A DNA stretch of 64,000 bases from Macrostomum lignano (Eukaryota): assembly GCA_002269645.1 (NCBI GenBank), contig NIVC01003384.1:1-64000 (forward strand), in the 5' to 3' direction. Both the position numbers and the translations under genes were made by a program. The notes under the pieces were generated by a model. It did not search any database. It saw only the letters and a program-made list of their open reading frames with translations, and was not told the DNA's origin. Positions 24,690 through 50,821 of the stretch are shown in pieces (the first letter of the stretch is position 1; every line of letters begins with the position of its first letter).

Positions 24690-27665
24690 ATGGCCACGAA
24701 TCTAGCTGTTATACTCGTAGCATTTTGCATGACGTCGGCTGTAACTATGACAGCGGCTAAACAGCTTTGGATTGGTGAGACATATGATGGTCATTTATAA
24801 AAACTTTCAGATCCTTTTCCGCTCATATAAATCATTTCTTAGTTGGATAAACCACTGCATACAGGCACGTCGCCGTTCTGCGACGGTCAGCCGCGCGACT
24901 GTCCAATCTTCGACAAGACCTACATCCGCTCGGACAAATACGGCGACGGAAAGATGTGCCTGACCGGCTCTAAAGTGCTGTGCGAGTCCAAGCCGCTGCC
25001 TCACGATCTGCGAGATAGTCCGGCTAATGAAATCAATATTGCCAGTTATAATGTGTTCGAGAGGCCATACTTTATCACACACGATGGCCAGACTGAGAGG
25101 ACATGCCACATTCCTAGGGGTGAGTATAGAAATGCCGACGCATCAGGGGGACACCCACCGCCACACAGGACCCACCACCCCACAGCACCCACCATCTCCC
25201 ACAGAACCCACGGTACCCACCATCCCCAGCACCCACCACCCCACGGTACACACCACCCCAGGACCCACCACCCCACGGTACACACCATCCCCAGCACCCA
25301 CCACCCCACGGTACCCACCATCCCCAGCACCCACCACCCCACGGTACACACCATTCCCAGAACCCACCACCCCACGGTACCCACCACCTCAGAGTACCGA
25401 TCATACAGGTTGATCTACAGACCCAAATAGGCCAAAACTAATAAAGACACGTTTACAACATAAGCAATCTCCCCATATACACTGATCGATAAAATCGATA
25501 TTTTGCAGCTCTACTGTCGAGATTTCCCGAGCTCGACGTTGTAATCTTCGAAGAGGCATTCATGGGCGGCTGCTGGTACGACAACCAGTTGGTCAGCATG
25601 CGAGCCATCATGGCAGCCTATGGATTCCCGTACTACACGGAAACTGTAGGCAGCTTCCTTGATGCTTACTTCATCATCAATGGCGGTGTGTTTATCGCCT
25701 CGCGATGGCCCATCACGTCCTCTGTACGGATGCAGTTCGCTGATTCCGGTCATGCGGACAAGTTTTCTAAGAAAGGAGCCGTGTATGCCAGAATTAACAA
25801 GATGGGCAGCGTCTATCACATAGTTGGCACTCATATGCAGGTTGGTGAAATGCGCTTTCAGGAATCACACGAAGGTTTTTATACTTTTGACATGACAGGT
25901 CTTCCTGACACTAAATCAAGCTACTTAGCACTTACATGTAATTTAGCTAGCTGACACTAAATCAGCCTCTCTTAAACTACGAATCAGCCTCTCTGACACT
26001 AATTTAGCCTCTGAAACTAAATAAGCCTTCCTGAAACTAACCCAGCCTCCCTGACACTAACCCAGCCTCCCTGACCCTAACCCAGCCTCTCTGACACTAA
26101 CCCAGCCTCCCTGACACTAACCCAGCCTCCCTGACACTAACCCAGCCTCCCTGACACTATCCCAGCCTCCCTGACACTAACCCAGCCTCCCTGACACTAA
26201 CTCACCCTCCCTGACACTATCCCAGCCTCCCTGACACTAACCCAGCCTCCCTGACACTAACCCAGCCTCCCTGACACTAACCCAGCCTCCCTGACACTAA
26301 CCCAGCCTCCCTGACACTAATCCACCCTCCCTGACACTAACCCAGCCTCCCTGACACTAATCCACCCTCCCTGACACTAACCCAGCCTCCCTGACACTAA
26401 CCCAGCCTCCCTGACACTAACCCAGCCTCCCTGACACTAACCCAGCCTCCCTGACACTAACCCAGCCTCCCTGACACTAACCCAGCCTCTCTGACACTAA
26501 CCCAGCCTCTGACACTAACCCAGCCTCCCTGACACTAACCCACCCTCCCTGACACTATCCCAGCCTCCCTGACACTAACCCAGCCTCCCTGACACTAACC
26601 CAGCCTCCCTGACACTAACCCAGCCTCCCTGACACTAACCCAGCCTCCCTGACACTAATCCACCCTCCCTGACACTAACCCAGCCTCCCTGACACTAATC
26701 CACCCTCCCTGACACTAACCCAGCCTCCCTGACACTAACCCAGCCTCCCTGACACTAACCCACCCTCCCTGACACTAACCCAGCCTCCCTGACACTAACC
26801 CAGCCTCCCTGACACTAACCCAGCCTCCCTGACACTAACCCACCCTCCCTGACACTAACCCACCCTCCCTGACACTAACCCAGCCTCCCTGACACTAACC
26901 CAGCCTCCCTGACACTAACCCAGCCTCCCTGACACTAACCCAGCCTCTCTGACACTAACCCAGCCTCTGACACTAACCCAGCCTCCCTGACACTAACCCA
27001 GCCTCCCTGACACTAACCCAGCCTCCCTGACACTAACCCAGCCTCCCTGACACTAACCCACCCTCCCTGACACTAACCCACCCTCCCTGACACTAACCCA
27101 GCCTCCCTGACACTAACCCACCCTCCCTGACACTAACCCAGCCTCCCTGACACTAACCCAGCCTCCCTGACACTAATTCCAGGCCCAAATCGGTGACTCC
27201 TACGACAAGATCCGAGTCAAGCAGGCCATTGAGCTTCGAGAATTTCTTGCCAACATGAAACTTCCATCCCACGAGCCAGTCCTGATTGGCGGCGACTTTA
27301 ACTGCGATTTAAACAACAACCCCACCAATGCCAATGACGTCATCTCTACCGGAATGAACGCTGAAATGCCGGAAATTATTGGCGAAGTGCGCGCCACGTT
27401 TGACTACCTGACTAACGATGTTGTTGAGCCTGGGAACACCCTGCTAGAGTGGCTTGACTACGTGGTCCATAGTCGAAGTCACAAGGCTCCTAAAAGTGCT
27501 TCCCTGGAAGCCGACCGACTGACGGCTGACCAGGACATCACCTACTGCAACTCGGCACCTGTGCAGCCGTACTACGTGTGGCCCTGGGCCAGCACCTGCG
27601 CCAAGGTGAAAACCACTCGGCATCTATCCGATCACTACCCGGTGATTGCCCGGTTCAAATTTTAA
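24690..27665 (+). CDS. Secreted neutral sphingomyelinase C-like phosphodiesterase (EEP/DNase I fold, bacterial beta-toxin type) with a Cys-rich N-terminal module, about 384 aa
   Basis: Exons 24690-24774, 24865-25119, 25509-25840, 27183-27665 (1155 nt, phase-consistent). Signal-peptide-like MATNLAVILVAFCMTSAVTMTAA. Catalytic motifs SYNV, DVVIFEEAF, NGGVFIASRWPI, KKGAVYARINK, GTHMQA, VLIGGDFN, LDYV, SDHYPV. Confidence 0.88.
25150..25390. repeat. Intronic minisatellite, 33-bp unit cacccaccaccccacggtacacaccatccccag
   Basis: Direct tandem copies. Confidence 0.9.
25950..27176. repeat. Intronic minisatellite, 20-bp unit ccctgacactaacccagcct
   Basis: Homogeneous array ending a few bp before the acceptor at 27182. 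Confidence 0.96.
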
Positions 27666-28523
27666 ATACAAATTGGTTTCTATCAAAGAGCTGGATTGTG
27701 CTATTGTGATTGCGTTGGATTGCAATGCAAGCTAAGTTGAGAATAAATCCTACCGTTTGAACGAATGAATTTCTAATCTTCTATATAACTAAATCTGAGT
27801 TTATTATACAACTGTGTCCTGGTAAACAGATTACGCTATGGTTTGCTCTTTTACTTGATAGCAAAGTAGAATCCTAATTTTCTGAACCGAAAAGCTTTAT
27901 GAATATCAATGGAGCTATAACAAAAGGCACAGCATATCAAAAGAGTGCTCTGGAGTGCCTTGCTCCAGAGTGCCAACAGACCTTCCTGCGAATAGTCACT
28001 TTATTATTGATACCAACTTCAGTGTTCTTGCCCCGATGTTTTCACTCAATAATTGTATGTTGCAGACTATTGCTGCTTACGCACTCAACTCAGACACACT
28101 TCTGTCCAGCAAGTGGCACTAATTAGCGGCAGTCTGCGCCACTTGGCTCAAGCAATCTATTCTTCTGTAGCTGAGCTGAGAACGCTCAGCCATGCAGCTT
28201 GAGTTGAAGGCTTTTTCAGTTGAGCTAAAAAAGTGGACTTCGCGGGGGGGGTTTCTGACTCTCTACGGGGGAAAGACGCGCTGCGAGCGGAAAGTGCAAA
28301 CACAAGAGAGTTGATGGGGGAGAAGGGACAAGCCGCGTCCATTGTTCTGCGACATTTTCCCACCCTTTCTCCCCTCGGCCAAAACCACCCTTATAGTAAG
28401 AACTCCTCCCCAGGTGGTCGCCCGTGGAGTTTCTGCTCCAGACCTATGGGGGAGGTGGCACACAGTTTGATGAGGCCTAAGTCTCTCCGCAGCTTCTCCA
28501 CAACCAACAGTCGAGTTGCTTTA

Positions 28524-28537
28524 GTTGTCATAGCAAC
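28524..28537. promoter_or_regulatory. RFX X-box upstream of the TRPV start
   Basis: GTTGTC-AT-AGCAAC fits the GTHNYY-AT-RRNAAC consensus and lies about 200 bp upstream of the ATG at 28740. Confidence 0.65.
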
Positions 28538-28739
28538 AAGAGACTCAGCCAACTTTACTCACTACCACCCCCGCCCCTCTTCTCTCCTCTTTCTACAACC
28601 GCTGTCCTTCCACTGGCCTATAGCCTGACTATTTTGCTTCTGTGCTAAGTTTTTCCCCTATAGGACAGCCACACGGCTTAAAAGCTTACAGGAGAATATC
28701 CCAAGCCGCACCAGCAGGCAGTCGAAAGAAAGAAGAACA

Positions 28740-42024
<13,285 letters not shown>

Positions 42025-42474
42025 CTGGATCCCGGATGTAAAACAACCGATGCTTTATTGTTTTAGCGATTCGAATGCTTCAATTTTGGAAGCAATCTTC
42101 ACGGACGATTTGGTAGCATTGAATGAGTCAATTTTCCGGCTTTATTTCATTTTAGTTTGTTATAAATCCTACTGACACATGATGCCTTACCTTACGTTTC
42201 TGGAATGTATACTCCTGACATCTTACCTATACTGCTGAAAACTCACCTATGCATGTTTATTTATGACGACTTATTGCACTTTTTCATGTCCCACCGAGAT
42301 GCATCTGCTTTGTTCAGTTATTTAATTACAGTAGCCTGCACTCAAGCGGTGTCTATTCGGTATAAAATACAAGTGCGCGGATTAATATTTCTGACTAATC
42401 AGTGAACTTTTGTTTTTTGATATGATCAGAATGCTGACTCTATCTATATTCTATCTACGAGTACAAGATGAAAC

Positions 42475-43378
42475 TCCTGACACTATCAACACTTTCTGAC
42501 ACTAGCTATCTATAGTTTCTGACACTATCTATAGTTTTCTGGCACTATCTATAGTTTTCTGACACTATCTATAGTTTTCTGGCACTATCTATAGTTTTCT
42601 GACACTATCTATAGTTTTCTGACACTATCTACAATTTTCTGACACTATCTATAGTTTCTGACACTATCTATAGTTTTCTGACACTATCTACAGTTTTCTG
42701 ACACTATCTATAGTTTCTGACAACCCCTTGACACTATCTATGGTTTCTGACAACCCCTGATAATACATGTATCTATAGGTTCTGACAACCTTCTGACACT
42801 ATCTATAATTTTTGACAGCCCCCTGACACTATCTAAAGCGTCTGACAGCCTTCTGACACTATCTAAAGCATCTGACAGCCCCCTGACACAATCTAAAGCG
42901 TCTGACAGCCTTCTGACACTATCTAAAGCATCTGACAGCCCCCTGACACTATCTAAAGCGTCTGACAGCCTTCTGACACTATCTAAAGCATCTGACAGCC
43001 CCCTGACACAATCTAAAGCGTCTGACAGCCTTCTTACACTATCTAAAGCATCTGACAGCCCCCTGACACAATCTAAAGCGTCTGACAGCCTTCTTACACT
43101 ATCTAAAGCATCTGACAGCCCCCTGACACTATCTAAAGCGTCTGACAGCCTTCTTACACTATCTAAAGCATCTGACAGCCCCCTGACACTATCTAAAGCG
43201 TCTGACAGCCTTCTTACACTATCTAAAGCATCTGACAGCCCCCTGACACAATCTAAAGCGTCTGACAGCCTTCTGACACTATCTAAAGCATCTGACAGCC
43301 CCCTGACACAATCTAAAGCGTCTGACAGCCTTCTTACACTATCTAAAGCATCTGACAGCCCCCTGACACTATCTATAG
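42475..43378. repeat. Related ctgacactatcta satellite: 21-bp units, then a 60-bp dimeric higher-order repeat
   Basis: ctgacactatctaaagcatctgacagcccc alternates with ctgacactatctaaagcgtctgacagcctt from about 42820. Confidence 0.93.
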
Positions 43379-43754
43379 TGTCTATTTTAGGGAATGCAGT
43401 TAATGCGCCTTGAGTAAATAGCCAAAGAAAGCAGTGCTCACTCATACAATGCATCGCCTCGTTTCAGTGTTCTATTTTCTTATATTTTTTTCACACGGGT
43501 GTACCATGAAAACGCCTTTCTATAGGCACTTTTTGAAAGGCTATGCAAGACTGAATCTAGTAAGAAGGCACAGAGAGAAATTCGGCAAAGAGTTGGTGTT
43601 CACACAAGTCACAGTGCAAGAGTGCCAAAAAACCATATTGGGTAAAACTGAAAGCATTGCTTTTGCATATGCGAGAGTAATGTTCGTATTTGGGTGAGAC
43701 CCTTATGAACGCCAATATTGCGGATGGCCTAAGGGTGCTTCGGTCTTTTAGGTA

Positions 43755-44050
43755 GGCACCCCTGTCTCTTCGGTTAGCGCCCCTGTCTCTTCGGTTGGCG
43801 CCCCTGTCTCTTCGGTTGGCGCCCCTGTCTCTTAGGTTGGCGCCCCTGTCTCTTAGGTTGGCGCCCCTGTCTCTTAGTTTAGCGCCCCTGTCTCTTAGTT
43901 TAACGCCCCTGTCTCTTCGGTTGGCGCCCCTGTCTTTTAGGTTAGCGCCCCTGTCTCTTCGGTTGGCACCCCTGTCTCTTCGGTTGGCGCCCCTGTCTCT
44001 TCGGTTGGCGCCCCTGTCTTTTATAATGGCGCCCCTGCGAGGGCGCCCCT
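43755..44050. repeat. Minisatellite, 21-bp unit gcgcccctgtctcttcggttg
   Basis: Direct tandem copies. Confidence 0.92.
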
Positions 44051-44565
44051 GCGCCGTCAGAGGTAAAGCTCTCTGAGAGTTTAAGGCAGAAAATTCCTAG
44101 TCAACTTAGCATACAGGAAGTTTGACAATAAACTCCAAGGGTAGTTCAGCTAAAAGGGACGAATTCGCAAATTTGAATGGCAGAAGCAGAAGCAGCACAA
44201 GGGTTACGACGCGTACATTGACAGAGACAATAGCAAGCAGAGCCCAGAGTCTGGACAGAAGGCGACGTCACGCGTTTGTCAGGCAATTGCAGTATGGGCA
44301 ACTCGAAAAAATCTTAGAAAAATATCTGCCCCAGCACTATCTGGGCTTGGCGCGTACACTCACTGCACTGTACAGCTGCTCCGCTGTCTACTTAAATCGT
44401 ACAGACTAAGAAAGATAACTCACAGAGCTACTCTCTGACACAACAAGGTTCTACATGGTGTTCAGCATCGCAGATCCTTAGATAACATATCTTTAAGCGT
44501 TGTACTCGCATTGTACAGCAGCAGAGTAACCGAAACTTGTGCCAAACCTGCGTCTCAGCCAAGAG

Positions 44566-46282
44566 ATGGGCAACAGGCACAGCAAAAGCTCGACAAAGAA
44601 GCCAAAAAATCGTAAAAAGCGAAAGTCGGAAGGTCAGCAAATTCCTACAAGCCAGTCCGTGCCCAATCTTTCGACGGTGGAGGAACCATCCAGATCGGAG
44701 CCGGCTGTGAGAAACTCGGGATCACAGGATGACCTGCTGCACAATGGGTCAGTGCATGTACAGCAGCCGCACCTACCGCCACCGCGACCGCCGCCAAAGA
44801 TGCCTGAAAAAAGTAGAAAGCAGATGAAAGCGCTGTTCGACTTTGAGAAGCAGACAGATGGCGATCTGTCCTTCAAGAAAGACGACATCTTTGATCTAGT
44901 GGACGACTCGGACCAGTTCTGGTGGAAGATGACCCACACCGGCACAGGAGAAACCGGCTACGTGCCATACAACTACGTTCAACAGTACGACGGAGGGCCG
45001 ACCTCATTATCCTGCTGGTTCGATCTGGACCGCAGAGAGGCGGAGAGGAACCTGCTGATGCCGGGCCTTCAAGAGGGGACGTTTCTGCTGCGGCCCTGCC
45101 GGCAGAGAGCCGACCAAGCGCTTTACACTCTGAGCATTCGGACTGAGGAAAATACTCGAAATATGGGGAGACAAATCCTAGTGAAGCACTACATGGTGAG
45201 ACCGTTGGACTCTGGAGGCCTCTACATCTCGCCTAAAATAACATTCCCAACTGTGAAGGAGCTGTTAGAGCACTATGAGCACACTCAAGATGGACTCTGC
45301 TGCAAGCTTTCAAAGCCGTGCCCTCGAAAGTATGAACCGCCGCCTCAATTCCGAGACCTTGAGCTCAACAGGAACCAGCTTCAACTCGTAGAAAAGATTG
45401 GAAAAGGATCTTTCGGAGAAGTCAGTATAAATACTGTATTACCTTAGCATGCCTTATGTGCCCCTCCTAATTTTTATCGATTTCCAACTGCAGGTCTGGA
45501 AGGCAAAACTCGGTCGGTTAGTTGAAGTGGCGGTAAAGATGATGCACTCTGACGGTCAAGGCATCGCTATGAACAAGGGCGAGTTCATTCGCGAAGCGCA
45601 AACCATGCACCAGCTGCATCACCCAAAGATTGTCCAACTGCTCGGAGTGTGCACCACCGAGGAGCCTTTCTACATCGTCACCGAGCTCATGCCCAACGGA
45701 GCACTGCTGTCGTACTTGAAGAACGACGAGAAGAACGGAAGGAAAATAACGTACCGCGCAATGCTTGACATGCTGTTCCAGATCGCTGACGGAATGGCCT
45801 ACCTGGAGGAGAAGAAGTTTATTCACAGAGATCTGAGAGCCGCCAACATTCTCGTTGGACACGAGAACGTGGTGAAGGTGGGCGACTTCGGGCTGAGCCG
45901 ACTCATTGAGGAGGACGTGTATGACGTAGGTGAGAACACGAAGTTCCCCATCCGCTGGACGGCTCCGGAGGCTGCGACCGACAAGGTGTTTACCAACAAG
46001 TCGGACGTGTGGTCTTTCGGCGTCCTGATCTACGAGGTCGTGACGCGAGGCCGGGTTCCGTACCAGGAGCTTCAGAACAAAGCGATTCTAAATCAGGTCT
46101 CGAACGGCCATCGAATGCCGAACCCGCACAATGAGCAGCAGGGCATTCGATGCGACGAGTTTTTGTATAAAAACATCATGCTGGCCTGCTGGCACTCAAG
46201 CGAGCAGGAGAGACCCACCTTCGCCACCTTGAGGAACATCTTCGAGAGCTACGAAACCGAGGCGGAACGGCAATATGAGTGA
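44566..46282 (+). CDS. Src-family non-receptor tyrosine kinase A (SH4-unique-SH3-SH2-kinase), about 547 aa
   Basis: Exons 44566-45420 and 45494-46282 (73-nt intron). MGNRHSK myristoylation signal plus a basic patch; SH3 ALFDF..DLSFKKDD..WW..GYVPYNYV; SH2 WF..REAER..GTFLLR; GKGSFGEV, VAVK, HRDLRAAN, DFG, KFPIRWTAPE; C-terminal QYE. Confidence 0.95.
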
Positions 46283-46939
46283 TGTTGTGCTGAGAACTAT
46301 GCCAATAGTCTGTGCTGTCTGTTGCTCCGACGTTACGCTCTTATTTGGTTGTTTAGTTTTGTTTTCTTGCTCCTCTTAGCATACGCCGCCGTCGCTTGGT
46401 GGATTTCGACGATACGAGTATTGTGTTTTAAATGTTTATACGGACTCATTGAGTGCATATTTTCCACTTAAAGTACCTTTTTTCTTGTGTTGAAAGTGAA
46501 CTTTAAAACATAATTTTTATCGGTCCGAATGTATTCCAAAGATTTTTCACTCTAAACATTCGAGACTTAGCTATTTATTTTTTTAGTATCCAAGCTTCGT
46601 TATGCTACTTGATGCACAATGGTTGCCATTCGAATTCGAATTGCTATCTTGATTTTTATTGTTGATGCCAACTGAAAAAACTTTAAATGCGTTGACATGT
46701 AGAACATATTTTTTTAAACCTGTGAATACGTTCATGCTGTGAGGACGGCGTTCTTTAACAATAACACTGTTTTGATTTATTATTTACTCCGGTCTCATCA
46801 AATAAATATATTTTTAGATCTCATTCGTTGACCATGAAAAGCAACGACTAACTGTTGATAGTGGCTGCAAAAATTCACCGAAGGTTCAAGTCATGAAGGA
46901 GTCTCACATTTATAGAAAAATATTTACTTTCTTTTATTT

Positions 46940-48326
46940 AGGTCTAATGCAGGAGGGTTTCTGCAGGAGGGTTTCTGCAGGAGGGTTTAATGCAGAAGGG
47001 TTTCTGCAGGAGGGTTTCTGCAGGAGGGTTTCTGCAGGAGGGTTTCTGCAGGAGGGTTTAATGCAGAAGGGTTTCTGCAGGAGGGTTTCTGCAGGAGGGT
47101 TTCTGCAGGAGGGTTTCTGCAGGAGGGTTTCTGCAGGAGGGTTTAATGCAGGAGGGTTTAATGCAGAAGGGTTTCTGCAAGAGGGTTTCTGCAGGAGGGT
47201 TTCTGCAGGAGGGTCTAATGCAGGAGGGTTTCTGCAGGAGGGTTTAATGCAGGAGGGTTTCTGCAGGAGGGTTTAATGCAGGAGGGTTTCTGCAGGAGGG
47301 TTTCTGCAGGAGGGTTTAATGCAGGAGGGTTTAATGCAGAAGGGTTTCTACAGGAGGGTTTCTGCAGGAGGGTTTCTGCAGGAGGGTTTCTGCAGGAGGG
47401 TCTAATGCAGGAGGGTTTCTGCAGGAGGGTTTAATGCAGGAGGGTTTCTGCAGGAGGGTTTCTGCAGGAGGGTTTCTGCAGGAGGGTTTCTGCAGGAGGG
47501 TTTCTGCAGGAGGGTTTAATGCAGGAGGGTTTAATGCAGAAGGGTTTCTGCAGGAGGGTCTAATGCAGAAGGGTTTCTGCAGGAGGGTTTCTGCAGGAGA
47601 GTTTCTCGCAGGAGGGTTTCTGCAGAAGGGCTTCTGCAGGAGGGTTTCTGCACGAGGGTTTCTGAAGGAGGGTTTAATGCAGGAGGGTTTAATGCAGAAG
47701 GGTTTCTGCAGGAGGGTTTAATGCAGGAGGGTTTCTGCAGGAGGGTTTCTGCAGGAGGGTTTCTGCAGGAGGGTTTCTGCAGGAGGGTTTCTGCAGGAGG
47801 GTTTCTGCAGGAGGGTTTCTGCAGGAGGGTTTCTGCAGGAGGGTTTCTGCAGGAGGGTTTCTGCAGGAGGGTTTCTGCAGGAGGGTTTCTGCAGGAGGGT
47901 TTCTGCAGGAGGGTTTCTGCAGGAGGGTTTCTGCAGGAGGGTTTAATGCAGAAGGGTTTCTGCAGGAGGGTTTCTGCAGGAGAGTTTCTCGCAGGAGGGT
48001 TTAATGCAGAAGGGTTTCTGCAGGAGGGTTTCTGCAGGAGAGTTTCTCGCAGGAGGGTTTCTCGCAGGAGGGTTTAATGCAGGAGGGTTTCTGCATGCAG
48101 GAGGGTTTTAATGCAGGAGGGTTTCCCGCACGAGGGTTTCCTGCACGAGGGTTTCCCGCACGAGGGTTTCCCACGCGAGGGTTTCCCGCACGAGGGTTTC
48201 CCGCACGAGGGTTTCCCACACGAGGGTTTCCCGCACGAGGGTTTCCCGCACGAGGGTTTCCCGCACGAGGGTTTCCCGCACGAGGGTTTCCCGCACGAGG
48301 GTTTCCCGCACGAGGGTTTCCCGCAG
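46940..48326. repeat. Intergenic minisatellite, 14-bp gcaggagggtttct grading into 15-bp cgagggtttcccgca
   Basis: Direct tandem copies between the two Src genes. Confidence 0.95.
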
Positions 48327-49163
48327 TCCGCAGAGAAGAAAAATACACGACATGTGAGCTTTTATCACTCAACTTTGACGCAACTCCCATTTACTATATG
48401 ATTGTCTTATACCGGTTTAAACGTTTTAAAGTTCTTAAAATGAGCTTTTTGAGTGTGATAAACTTGAGCATTAAGTAACAGATGGATAGCAAATGAACAG
48501 CTATAGTTATTAAGTACGTCGATCACAGTTGAAAACTACTGCCGCGTCATCTCAAAAGCGTCCGGCTAATGGGCTTGAAGATGTAAAAACTTAATTGCAT
48601 AAAAGGCTGAGCGAAAGAAACTTAGAGAATTAATATAGGTTGCCTATTCGCACTCGTACATGCAAGCCAACTGCGTAGTTTATTTACTTGGCAGAGGTCT
48701 AAGGCGCGCCTTGAAGCTTTGTGGGCTGTTTTTCTAGCAGAGAAAGAAACGCAAAAAGGAGAGAAATGAAAAACTAGGAGAGAGAGAGGAGAGATAGAAA
48801 GAGCGGACAGAGCAGAGCGGCAGAGTTAGAGGAGGTTGTCGCCAATGAACACACAGCTCTCATACTCGCACGTCTCTGCAGCATGCTATCGAGTCGCGAC
48901 TCGGCTCTTTCTTAAACGGCTCGCGCACAAGATTCACAGGAATAACCCCCGAGAACCAAACCGAAGGGCGTACATTCGCTGTAAAATGTGTGTGCTCTTA
49001 GCTATAGTATTATGACTGAGCATTTAGTTGATAGGCTGAAAACAGCCTCGGTTTTAGCAGCCGTAGCCCTCAAAAGAAAATCCTTAAAAGTCTCTTTACA
49101 TCACACGGACTACATCAGACAGAGCGGAAAGCAATAAGTTAGAATTGAGAACTCATCAGCAGA

Positions 49164-50821
49164 ATGGGAAATTGCATTAGTAGAAAAGAGCAAGAAAATA
49201 GCGATATCAGAATGCCACAGCCAATGCCACAGTCTCAGCCTGAGTTCCAGACTCAGCGTCAGCAGCAGTACCAGGCACCGTTGCCGCCTGCATCGCAGCA
49301 GCAACCAGTTGTGTTGCAGAAGCCTCCAACCCAGGCGCCAGCAATAGCTCCCCGTCGAAAGCAGATGAGGGCATTGTTCTCATTTGAAAAGCAGGTAGAA
49401 GGCGACCTGTCTTTCAGAAAAGACGACATCCTGGATTTAGTCGACAACTCGGACGAGTTCTGGTGGAAGATGCGCCACACCGAAACAGGAGAAACCGGCT
49501 ACGTGCCATACAACTATGTTCAACCGTACGATGGGAGCCCGACCTCAATGGCATGCTGGTTCGACGTGGATCGCAGAGAGGCGGAGAGGAACCTGCTGAT
49601 GCCGGGCCTTCAGGAAGGGACATTTCTGCTGCGGCCCTGTCGGCAGAAAGCCGACCAAGCCGTTTACAGTCTGAGCATTCGAATAGAGGAGCAGACGCGG
49701 AACGAGGGCAGACAAATATTTGTTAAACACTACATGGTGAAGCCAACCGACCAAAATGGATTTTATATTAGTCCAAAAAAGATTTTTGCAAGCATGCAGA
49801 ATCTAGTGAGGCACTATCAGAACGCTGAAGACGGACTCTGCTGCCGCTTGACTGTGCCGTGTCAGCGAAAGTACGTGCCGCCGCCTCAATTCCGAGACTT
49901 TGAGCTTAACAGGAATCAACTCACGTTAATTGAAAAGCTCGGCCGTGGATCATTTGGAGAGGTAATCGCGAGCACACGGGCTGTAATTCAATTAGCATGA
50001 ACCAAAACTTAAAAATGCCAAACTAATTTCAGGTCTGGAAGGCAAAACTCGGTCGGTTAGTTGAAGTGGCGGTAAAGATGATGCACTCGAACGGTCAAGG
50101 CATCGCTATGAATCAGCAAGACTTCATTCGCGAAGCCCAAACCATGCACAAGCTGCACCACCCTAAGATTGTCCAACTGCTCGGAGTGTGCACCACCGAG
50201 GAGCCTTTCTACATCGTCACCGAGCTCATGGCCAACGGAGCACTTACAACTTATCTAAAGAACGACGAAGAAAATGGAAGAAGAATTACATTTGACAACA
50301 TGCTTGACATGCTGTTCCAGATCGCTGACGGAATGGCCTACCTCGAGGAGAAGAAGTTCCTTCACAGAGATCTGAGAGCCGCCAACATTCTTGTTGGACA
50401 CGAGAACGTGGTGAAGGTGAGCGATTTCGGATTGAGCCGTTTCATGGAGGAAGACGCGTATGATGCAGGTGAGAACACGAAGTTCCCCATCCGCTGGACG
50501 GCTCCGGAGGCTGCGACCAAGAAGGTGTTCACAAACAAGTCGGACGTGTGGTCTTTCGGCGTCCTGATCTACGAGATTGTGACGCGAGGCCGCATACCGT
50601 ACCCAGAGTACGGGAACCGGGACATTTTGCGGATGGTGTCCCGTGGATATCGAATGAAAAATCCGCACAACGATGACCAAGGCGTTTTCTGTGATGAATT
50701 CCTCTATGAGAACATCATGTTGTCCTGTTGGAAAGCAGACCCGTCCGAACGGCCGACGTTTGCCACACTGAGAGGCATCTTTGAGAACTATTACGTGGAG
50801 AAGCAGCACCAGTATGAGTAA
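49164..50821 (+). CDS. Src-family non-receptor tyrosine kinase B (tandem paralog), about 528 aa
   Basis: Exons 49164-49961 and 50033-50821 (71-nt intron at the same position as in A). MGNCISRK N-terminus; SH3, SH2 and kinase motifs intact; C-terminal QHQYE. Confidence 0.95.

Noticed and set aside
25950-27176. Telomere-like CTAACCC within the 20-bp unit
   Set aside because: There is only one 7-nt match per unit and no tandem TTAGGG run.
24690-27665. Bacterial contamination as the source of the sphingomyelinase gene
   Set aside because: The gene has three spliceosomal introns, two with host-style minisatellites, and sits among animal genes.
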